A DNA stretch of 35,275 nucleotides from Octopus sinensis. Taxonomy: Eukaryota. Shown here one piece after another: positions 23,027 to 32,976 of this stretch. The position numbers were made by a program, and so were the translations under genes. The DNA lies in assembly GCF_006345805.1 (NCBI RefSeq), contig NW_021829914.1:1-35275 (forward strand), read 5' to 3'. Positions within the stretch are counted from its first letter, which is position 1. Every line of letters begins with the position of its first letter. The notes beneath the pieces were generated by a model. It was not told the DNA's origin, searched no databases, and was given only the letters and a program-made list of their open reading frames with translations.

Positions 23027-23264
23027 ATATATATAATATATATATATATATAATATATATATATAATAATATATATATTATATATATATATATAATATAT
23101 AGATATATATATATATGTATATGTAATATATTATATATATATATATATATAATATTATATATAGATATATATATATATAATATATATATCTACTTATATA
23201 TATATAATATAATATATATAATATATATAGCTATATATGTATATTATATATATATTATATATAG

Positions 23265-23318
<54 letters not shown>

Positions 23319-23321
<3 letters not shown>

Positions 23322-23616
23322 GAGGCGCAATGGCCAGTGGTTAGGACAGCGGACTCGCGGTCGTAGGATCGCGGTTTCGATTCCCAGACCAGGCGAGTGT
23401 TTATTGAGCGAAAACACATAAAAGCTCCACGAGGCTCCGGCAGTGGGTGGTGATCCCTGCTGAACTCTTTCACCACTCTTTCTCCCACTCTTTCTTCTGT
23501 TGGCCTGCTCACTTAGCCAGTGGGGTGGCGTCATTCGAAGGCTAAAACAATGCGGACGCATTGTGACCAACGATGTGTAGCAACATTTGATGCTCTGGTC
23601 GGTCATGTGATCATGA
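23319..23616 (+). mobile_element. tRNA-derived SINE (head A + tail Y) embedded in (TA)n
   Basis: First about 175 nt match 10727-10910; the 3' part (ttggcctgctcacttagccag...gtcggtcatgtgatc) is unrelated to tail X. Confidence 0.85.
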
Positions 23617-23649
23617 GATGGATATATATTATATATACATATAATATAT

Positions 23650-23680
<31 letters not shown>

Positions 23681-23705
23681 TATTATATTATATATATATA
23701 TATAT

Positions 23706-23761
23706 AGGCGCAGGCGTGGCATTGTGGTAAAAAGTTTGCTTCCTAACGACATGGTTCCGAG

Positions 23762-23762
<1 letters not shown>
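23706..23762 (+). mobile_element. Isolated SINE family 1 5' head
   Basis: ggcgcaggcgtggcattgtggtaaaaagtttgcttcctaacgacatggttccgagtt, flanked by (TA)n. Confidence 0.75.
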
Positions 23763-23838
<76 letters not shown>

Positions 23839-23965
23839 ATATATATATATATATATATGTTATATTGGTAAAACGGTAAGATAACAAAAAAAGAACGGAC
23901 CTCAATATTATGTAAATAGAGGAAATTTATCTATAAAATAATATGTTACATTACTCGATAGTCAA

Positions 23966-24026
23966 GATAAAACTCTGAGTTTCAGATGCCGAAGTGGGAA
24001 TCCACAACGCCATCTCTTCGGTTATC
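23966..24026 (-). ncRNA. Variant hammerhead-like motif in a PLE-type terminus (family shared with 30711-30768)
   Basis: Minus strand: GAUAA CCGAAGA GAUG...CAUC U GAAA CUCAGAG UU UUAUC. Helix I 5 bp; core U4 is C. Confidence 0.5.
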
Positions 24027-24485
24027 TGGCTATTTGAAAATGCCATGAAAAAATACCGTTATACAAAGGGAAATTACAGTGTTATAACTCTGCTTGCCTG
24101 CGTACTTATACATCGCTATGTAAACGTAAACATCTTCACTCGCATTTTTCGCCATAAAAAATTATATAAAAATACATAAAAAATATATATAAAAAATATA
24201 TAAGAAATATACAGGACACAGGGTTGTGTATCACATATCTAGCTATCAGAGGCAGCATTCGTCCTATTTTCCTGGATAACTATTAATATCTAGTATTACG
24301 ATAACTATTAATATCTAGTACTGCTGTCGTAGTCTCCTTCAGAGAAATTTAGAAATATATATATATTATATATAGAGATATAACATAACTATAATTATAT
24401 ATTATTTATATAATAATACATGTTACATTTAGCGACTAAACCCAAACAATTGACTGAAAAATATACGTACATACATATATATTAT

Positions 24486-24525
<40 letters not shown>

Positions 24526-24527
24526 TA

Positions 24528-24565
<38 letters not shown>

Positions 24566-24570
24566 CATAT

Positions 24571-24855
24571 ATATAATATTAATTCGAGACAAAACCACTA
24601 TTTTGCAAAACAAACAAGGAAAGACTTAATCAATACATAAAAATTTTAATATAAAGTAAATAAACCGCCACTACAATTGTTTCATGTCTTCAAATGACAT
24701 TCGTCAGGTGGATTCCGATCTTCTAATCAGTTTGAAGACATGAAAACATTGTAAGTGGCGGTTTATTTACTTTATATTAAAATTTTTATGTATTCATTAA
24801 GTCTTTCCTTGTTTGTTTTGCAAAATAGTGGTTTTGTCTCGAATTAATATTATAT
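24571..24855. repeat. Long fold-back: inverted arms of about 124 bp (24571-24694 and 24731-24855) with a 36-nt spacer
   Basis: atataatattaattcgagacaaaaccactattttgc...catgtcttcaaa is the reverse complement of tttgaagacatg...gtctcgaattaatattatat, with one substitution and a few small indels. Confidence 0.95.
24668..24711 (-). ncRNA. Type I hammerhead with canonical core
   Basis: Minus strand: CCAC CUGACGA AUGUC AUUUGAA GACAU GAAA CAAUUG UA GUGG. Helix I 4 bp, helix II 5 bp, helix III palindrome ACAAUUGU, GUA site. Confidence 0.85.
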
Positions 24856-25021
24856 AATATTTTACTATAAAATTGGATTTAATCCTAAATCTGATTTTTT
24901 CCCTGTAAATTTGGATTTATTCCCTAATATTTATTATATATATATATATATATATATACTTACATACATACGTACATACATACAAACAAACACACACACA
25001 CACACACACACACAGACACAG

Positions 25022-25052
<31 letters not shown>

Positions 25053-25087
25053 GATAGATAGATAAGATATATGTATGGAAATTCAAC

Positions 25088-25159
25088 AGAGATGGGAGTC
25101 ATGTCGGATATTTAACCATAACTTGTTTTGGTTAAATATCCCACATGGATCCCATCTCT
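25088..25159. other. 72-nt imperfect hairpin
   Basis: agagatggga/tcccatctct, atgt/acat and ggatatttaacca/tggttaaatatcc pair around a loop of 10 nt or less. Confidence 0.85.
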
Positions 25160-25239
25160 TTCTCACACGAATACCAATTTTTCTGCTATATTTCTTTTTT
25201 TTTTTTTTAGTTTCCTTGTGTTATGGTTTCTTTCCTTCC

Positions 25240-25332
25240 TGCACTGAAGAGTATGTTGATATTTAATTAATTTAATTTAATTCAATCATGATTTATATTA
25301 TTATTATATCTAGTACGAAACGATCGTCTACA
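25240..25332 (+). ncRNA. Type I hammerhead with long loop 2
   Basis: TGCA CTGAAGA GTAT [58 nt] GTAC GAAA CGATCG TC TACA. Helix III palindrome ACGAUCGU, GUC site; helix I has one C-A mismatch. Confidence 0.75.
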
Positions 25333-25421
25333 AGAACTAAACTTCTTATAAATTTTAACAACTGTCTCCTCCATTTTTAATAAAATTCACCATGTTATAT
25401 ATATATATATTATATATATAT

Positions 25422-25459
<38 letters not shown>

Positions 25460-26471
25460 ATACATATAATACATTATATATATATAATACAGAAGGTGGG
25501 TGGAGAAACGGCAAAAGTAATTTAGTCGATGAAATAGACAAGGATTGACTACAGCACTACCAGCTGTCCGCTGTTTAAACTAGATACTTCGTGTCTTATT
25601 AAAAGCAACATAATTACACACAAATATACATATAAGATAGATAAATAGGCAACAGATAGAGAATTAGACGAACAGTATTGCTTGTATGAGTACAGATCTA
25701 TCTATCTGACGAAGCCACCTTGACTATGATTCTATGAACCGTAAAAATTAATACAGAGAGAGTTGCTTATTTGCAAAAAAAAAAAAAAGAAATATAACAT
25801 GTGACTTCATTGACCGAGGTTACAGTGGTCTTTTCCGTAGGCTTTTCTTTCCACGGGTAAACCTCACCTGTTCTCCCCTTTACACTTCATATTGACATTT
25901 CTGTGATAACGATCCCTATTGATCAATTTTTTTGCTCTCCCCCCACTTTTTTTTTTTTTATTAACCCCTCCCTTTTTTTTAGTCTTCTTTCTTTCCGTTT
26001 ACGATCCCTTTTGATCGAAAACCACCACTCCCTTTTTTTTACCCCCAAAAGAAAAGCTCTACCTTGTAATTTGTTCTATCTGTGTGCAGCCCTGTGTGGC
26101 TAATAAAGAAACATATCTTTCGAACTCTCTACCAATTCATCTATATATCTTTATAGATATCTTTCAAGCTGGATCTATCTCCCTGCCTGTCTGTTCGTAT
26201 TCTGGCCGTCTTCTGTCTGTGTTCGTCTGTCTGCCTATCTGTCTGTCAGTCTGTCTATCTGTCTGTCTGCCTGTCTGTCTCTCTCAGTTTCTCTGTCTCT
26301 GTGTCTGTCTATGTTTACCTGTGTGTGTGTGTGTGTGTGTGTGTGTCTGTTTGTCTGTCTGTCTGTCTCTCTCTCCCTCTTCTCTCTAACTATGAATCTA
26401 TTCATTTATACTCCTTTCTAAATATCTAGTTTGCTAGCTCTATCTCTCTGCCTGCCGATCATTCTATCTAA

Positions 26472-26544
<73 letters not shown>

Positions 26545-26632
26545 CATATATATATACCTTTCTGAATATCTATCTAGCTAGCACTATCTCTCTGCCTGCT
26601 TGGCTGTCTGCCTGTTTGTCTGTGTGACTCTG

Positions 26633-26729
<97 letters not shown>

Positions 26730-27140
26730 GCATTTGAGTGTGTGTGTATGAGTGTGTATTATCGGATACCCTTATTAGCTTAAAGCAAAAAAGACATACT
26801 TTGCTAACACAAACACCACAAATATTCTAAATTCTGTGTCACACACACACACACACACACAGACACACACACACACAAATACACACATACACACAGACAG
26901 ACACATGCACGCACGCACGTACAGACACACACTTTCATATATCTACATAAACTGTTATACATATATATGCACATATACATAAACATACTCACATGCATGC
27001 ATATATATATACCCATACACATATATGGGATGAAAAGAAATGCGATCTTCACAAACAATCTCTGTTGTTTTCATTTCATTTATTCTTTGCGCGGATGGGA
27101 AAAGATGACATGGTGCTGGAGCTTATTCCAGACTCATAGG

Positions 27141-27373
27141 CGGCGAGCTGGCAGAAACGATAGCACGCCAGGCGAAATGCTTAGCTGTATTTCGTCTGCC
27201 GCTACGTTCTGCGTTCAAATTCCGCCGAGGTCGACTTTGCCTTTCATCCTTTCGTGGTCGATTAAACAAGTACCAGTTATGCACTGGGGTCGATGTAATC
27301 GACTGAATCTCTTTGTCTGTCCTTCATTGTCCACTCTATGTTCAGCCCCTTGTGGGCAATAAAGACATAATTT
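27141..27373 (+). mobile_element. SINE family 2 with TSD
   Basis: Well-preserved family 2 sequence; cagactcatagg at 27129-27140 and 27374-27385. Confidence 0.9.
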
Positions 27374-27475
27374 CAGACTCATAGGTACACACATTGGTAA
27401 CATATTGACACAAACACTTGTCTACAAATATGCACACAGCTTCTTAAAATTCATTCCACTCGCATCCACAGAGAT

Positions 27476-27515
<40 letters not shown>

Positions 27516-27751
27516 GTATGTATGTATGTATGTATGTATGTATGTATGTATGTATGTATGTATGTATGTATGTATGTATGTATGTATGTATGTATGTATG
27601 TATGTATGTATGTTATGTATGTATGTAGTATGTATGTATGTATGTATGTATGTATGTATGATGTATGTATTATGTATGTATGTATGTATGTTGTATGTAT
27701 GTATGTATGTCTGTATGTATTATGTATGTATGTATGTATGTATGTATGTAT
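27476..27751. repeat. Compound microsatellite (TAAG)n switching to (TATG)n
   Basis: Direct reading. Confidence 0.95.
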
Positions 27752-28077
27752 GTGAGGCGCGGGGCTTCGTGGTTAGGGCATTCGGCTTATGATCGTAAGG
27801 TTGTAGTTCGATCCCGGCGACGCGTTGTGTCCTTGCCAAGACACTTTATTTCACGTTGCTCCAGTCCACTCAGCTGGCAAAAATGAGTTGTACTTGTATT
27901 TCAACGGGTCACCTTGTCACTCTCTGTGTCACGCTGATTATCCCCGAGAACTACGTTAAGGTACACGTGTCTGTGGAATGCTCAGCCATTTGCACGTTAA
28001 TTTCACGAGCATGCTGTTTCTTTGATCGTATCAGCTGGGACCCTCGTCGTCGTAACCCGCGGAGTCTTCTTTCTTCC
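27752..28077 (+). mobile_element. tRNA-derived SINE (head B + tail X) inside (TATG)n
   Basis: B-box agttcgatccc; central gtgtccttgccaagacactttatttcac..ctccagtccactcagctgg; 27887-28067 matches 10924-11108. Confidence 0.85.
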
Positions 28078-28147
28078 ATGCATGTATGTATGTATGTATG
28101 TATGTATGTATGTATGTATGTATGTATGTATGTATGTATGTATGTAT

Positions 28148-28700
28148 GTCAGGTCACTTTCGAGTGCTACTGGTAACATGTAACGCAGTACAACCTGTTG
28201 CACGGTAGGGTCGTTGTCAACTAAACCGGCAACCACACCAAGCTTGCTCGGTGAGGAGGGTGTTTATTGGACACCCTGCGGGATGAAAAACAAAACCCGT
28301 CAAAGGGCGGAAGAACTCTTGAGAGTCAACGGCCATCCAATAACTGTCTTAAGGCTGTATCATGCGCGGGAACATAGAAATAATCGGACTGAATATCCGA
28401 TCGCGCGGTTAAACCATTGGGAGTGAAGGACTCCTCGCCTTTGTTAGGACATCCTTCTAGGAGAAGGTAACTCAGGTAACTGGGATAACTTCGATATAAA
28501 ACCTGCGGCTCAGTGGTTACCGATGATGTTGACTTGTTCTTCTTTTCAGATTATGGCTGATGTTGCTTAGTGAGTGGGATTGACTCAGTGCACAGCCTTT
28601 ACTCACTTAAAAAAATCTTCTTGCACAGGCATTGCACGATAACAACATTGATTAAGCTTCGCGCAATGGCCATACTCGATAACGAGGGGGCAGCGACCAT
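28148..28700 (+). mobile_element. Probable 5'-UTR fragment of an RTE-type non-LTR element, bounded by (TATG)n
   Basis: GC-richer block with several hairpins; ccttctaggagaagg..aactc..aaaacc resembles RTE 5' UTRs as I recall them. No ORF support. Confidence 0.4.
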
Positions 28701-28873
28701 GTATGTATGTATGTATGTATGTATGTATGTATGTATGTGTGTATGTACGTACAGCTCTCTCTATATTCGTTTGCGTGCGTGTTTATGTTTATTGCGCGCT
28801 CTGTCTGAAAAAAAATGGAAAACAGGACAAATAAACACAGAGACGTTGGTGACGTCCTGTACCCATATATGCA

Positions 28874-28908
<35 letters not shown>

Positions 28909-29601
28909 GTATATGTATATATAATTTATTATTTAATTGAACGCGACGCATTATTTCGAAGTTTTTCTTCACCTTTTTGATGCGACTAACTACTCTATGC
29001 TGTTTTCTTCCTCCATCCTTCTCTTATTCCCTTTTTCTCCCCCTCCTCCTGCACAGTTTTCTAAGTCTTTCTCCCTTCCCTCTTTCTCTTTCTCTCTCAT
29101 TGCTCACACATGATCATCGTCCATCTTTTTTTCCTCACGTGACTATCTTTTCCTGCACGGATGTTCAAATGAGCGGACGTGTATTTTTCTCTCTTCTATC
29201 CTTTCTCTTTTCACAAAAAAAAAGAAAAATGTTCCTCCCAACGTTCACTATTTTCCTCTCGTTCCAGTCTAACGACCCTCCATGTTTATTTTCGTTCGTT
29301 TTCCTTGTATGTCTCCGCTGTTATGTTTTTGTTCCCAACTTTGACCCTCCATAAATCCTAAATTTTATTTTAGAATTTATGGGAGTAACTGTCTTAGAAG
29401 ACTCATGCTGTCGTTGAATGCTCGAAATGAGGAGTAGATAGACAGCCGACAACTGATGAAGGTTATTTTCTTTGTTTACTTCTCCTGTTTTCCATTTTTC
29501 TCGTTGTTCACGTACTTACCTCGTTTGTTTGCGTATTTCATGCAATTTGCACCGTTGGTGACGTCCTGTATCTATATATGCGTGTGTAATTTTATGTGTA
29601 C

Positions 29602-29666
<65 letters not shown>

Positions 29667-29829
29667 ATAATATATATATATAATATATATATATATATAT
29701 GATTAGATTATGTTAACAGCATGAAGAGATGGTTTCATTCCCTAGAATAGTGGTTTAATACCTAGTATTTTGGGGGAATTAATTTCCTTAAAATAATAGG
29801 TATATACATAACAACATTAGTTTATATTC

Positions 29830-30626
29830 ATATAAAAGAAGGAAAATGGAGAATGGGAAGATAATAATTGTTTATTAACAGCAAATTAATCATCTTCTAC
29901 AATTGTTTCGATTAATATTCAGTAAATATTAAATAAATATTAAATTTATGTTTATATGCCCTGAGCATAATATCTTCAGAGGGGAAAAATATACTCTTGG
30001 ATGTTTCATTATATGGGTTCATGGATTCATTATAGCAGACTGAATGATACGGTTTATGATTTGCATTGTTATATGTTCGGGCGAGGGATTTGCAGGTTGA
30101 TTAGAGATAAGATAGTGTTGGTAAATAGAATTAGAACAATAAATGAATAAATTAAATAGAGATGATAAGGGAAATGTAAATATAAACAAGAACATGTATG
30201 TATGTATGTATGTATGTATATATATATATATCCGTATGTGTGTATATGTATGTATATAAGTGCGCGTGTCTGTGTCTGTGAGTATGCGTACGTACGTGTG
30301 TGTCTGTTTAGGCGTAAGTATGTGCCTCTATATGTGTGTTTATGCATGTATAGGTGTATGTGTGCGTATACACCTTTGATACACCTTAAATTTACGTGCG
30401 TTTGTACACATGCGTATTTAAATGTTAGGTACTTTCATATGCACATTCACACACCAAAAGCTTACAAAACCGTTCAAAACAAATATATTTTCCTTGAATC
30501 GCCAAAGAGTAAACAAAATAATTCAAAATTTCATTAACCAATCGGAATGAATTTACCAACACAGACCAAATTTTGCTTCTTCTTAGCGGCGATAGATAAA
30601 AAGAGTAAACATGTATTTGCGCATGT

Positions 30627-30675
<49 letters not shown>

Positions 30676-31348
30676 GTAATATAATATGTGACAGTTATAC
30701 GGTTGCCATAATAAAACTCCGAGTTTCGGATGTCGGAGCGAAATCTACTCCGGCATCTTGTCAGTTATGAAGGCAATCAAATTATTATGTAACTGACCGT
30801 TATTAAGACAAAGGAGCAATTTGAATAGCCGTTAAATAAGGGTAAAAACCGAAGGGGAAAAGTAAAAAAGTAAAAATGCTCATAGAAATCGCGTACGCGG
30901 GCATGTATATACCTAAACATGCGCGCACGTACACCCACGTACATGCACCTGTATGCATGTGCTCACTGGAACTCGCATGAAACACATACATGCGCACATG
31001 CGTCTATATATGCACACTTTTAGTGCTTTATATATTTTTACATATTTTTTCTGTATTTTACCTTTCAGCCTGCATTTTTCTTGTACATGTGCGTATATAG
31101 ACATGTATATGAACATTATTGTGCACGTATGGGTATATATACGTGTGCATGTGTACAGATATGTATATATGTGCATGTATATGTATATGTGTATGGTTCC
31201 ATATATATGTGGTGTACATGCACGTGTTTCACGCGAGTGTGAGTGAGCATATGCATATATAGCATGTGCGTATTTTAGACGTGCATTTGAATATAACTGT
31301 GCACGTTTGGTTGTGTGCACGTGTGTGAGTGTGCGCGCGTGTGCGCGG

Positions 31349-31395
<47 letters not shown>

Positions 31396-31497
31396 TATGT
31401 ATGGTTGCATATATATGTGCGTATGTGTGGGTGTGTATACGTGCGTATATATGTGCGTATGTGTGGGTGTGTATATATTTCGCTATACATACATACA

Positions 31498-31530
<33 letters not shown>

Positions 31531-31942
31531 GCGTACTTGCATATATACAAATTTGCATAACTTAATTATACCTTTAACTATAAACTTACCTTACTTATAT
31601 TTAAATTTCCTCTATCATCTCTATTTAATCCATTTATTGTTCTAATTCTCTTTAGCAACACCATCTTATCTCTAATCAGCCTGTAAACTCCTCGCCCGAA
31701 GATATAACAATACAAATCATAAACGGTATCATTCAGTCTGCTATAATGAATCCATGAACACATATAAAACTTCCAAGGGTGTATTTTTTCCCTCGATAGA
31801 TATGCTGAAGTCATATAAATATAAATTTAACAAGTACTTAATATTTATTGAGCGTTAATTGAAAAATCTGTAAGAGAAGATGATTAATTTGCTGTTAATA
31901 ATAAACAATTATTACCTCGCAATCTCCATTTCCCCATTTCTT

Positions 31943-31945
<3 letters not shown>
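29830..31945. repeat. Inverted pair of about 350-bp diverged copies (29830-30190 and 31590-31945), each with a damaged hammerhead
   Basis: catggattcattatagcagactgaatgatac..tttatgattt..ttcgggcgagg..gattagagataagat (about 30020-30115) appears reverse-complemented at about 31665-31755; homology extends on both sides. Confidence 0.88.
30711..30768 (-). ncRNA. Variant hammerhead-like motif (family shared with 23966-24026)
   Basis: Minus strand: AUAA CUGACAA GAUG-CCGGA...UCCGA-CAUC C GAAA CUCGGAG UU UUAU; G8 is A. Confidence 0.45.
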
Positions 31946-32027
<82 letters not shown>

Positions 32028-32321
32028 AGCAAAACATATACGTTATGTATATGCGTTCGACAATATTTGCAACACACGCGCTACTTCTAATTGATATTTG
32101 AATTTATTCCTGCTTATGCATCGTGTGGGCATACCATTTTACATAAAGCCATGGACAAGCTGCACAATTTGCTTCTGGTTCGGTTCAAGTACGAACCAAA
32201 GGTGGAACATTGATATCTATTGCTCCTGAATCGCAGCCGACCATTGAACAAACAAACACACATTTTGTATAGTGCTTACGTTTACCACACTCGTTTGTGT
32301 GTGTGTGTGTGAGTATATATA

Positions 32322-32855
32322 TAAAGTAAAGATTGTTTGCCAACATAATATGGCTGTCCTGGATAGGACAGATGCTACTGTTGTTTAGCCCCAGGAAACA
32401 TCGTTTCTAGCTGGTTATACGTTACAATATCTCTGATTCCTTATATTTTCGAACAGGAAGTCCAGCAACCCCATCCAGCACGAAGCAACATTTGTGGACC
32501 ACTTTCTGGGTTATTGCGCTTTACCAGACACAGAATAGCTGCTTGGCTAGGTGGCGTCGCTGAATTCCCGTTCGAAAATATATCATTTTCAAAATGACAC
32601 ACAATAACTGATCTAATAAATGGAAACATTATAATTTCTAAATCTCTCAATGAGAGATATATAGTAACATTTCTTTAAAGTAATATATAATTTTCAAATA
32701 TAAGGACATAGATATTGTGTCGTATAGCCAGCTGGAAACAATGTTTTCTGGGGCTAAACAACAGTAACAATCAGCCTATCCAGGACAGGCATATTATGCT
32801 GGCAAATAATCATTACTTTAAAGAGCTGTTACTGAATATCTTTCTTTGAGAGATA
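32322..32855. mobile_element. Rearranged cluster of the 8948-9250 family forming inverted arms of about 125 bp
   Basis: 32331-32432 is the reverse complement of 32710-32811 with roughly ten differences; arms extend to about 32322-32448 and 32695-32820. 32641-32686 is the reverse complement of about 32812-32855. Confidence 0.75.
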
Positions 32856-32940
32856 TAGAGATAATAATGTTTATATATATATATATATCCCTAGCCACTA
32901 CACATTCTTTATTTTCTCTCCTTGTTTCTTTCTATGTTCC

Positions 32941-32976
32941 TTTCTGTGGAAGAGCGTAGGCTCGAAACGTTAAAGA
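32941..32976 (+). ncRNA. Hammerhead-like motif with non-canonical core CUGUGGA
   Basis: TTT CTGTGGA A GAGC-GTAG-GCTC GAAA CG TT AAA; same layout as 33-69 but A6 is U. Confidence 0.5.

Noticed and set aside
25088-25159. SECIS interpretation of the hairpin (some PLEs encode selenoproteins)
   Set aside because: It reads ATGT not ATGA on both strands, and that region pairs Watson-Crick instead of forming the tandem G-A quartet.
28205-28270. Twister or HDV-like ribozyme fit (taa..ccaagc..gaggaggg)
   Set aside because: P1 and pseudoknot pairings and the loop 4 GU could not be satisfied by eye; no HDV P3/L3/P1.1 arrangement found.
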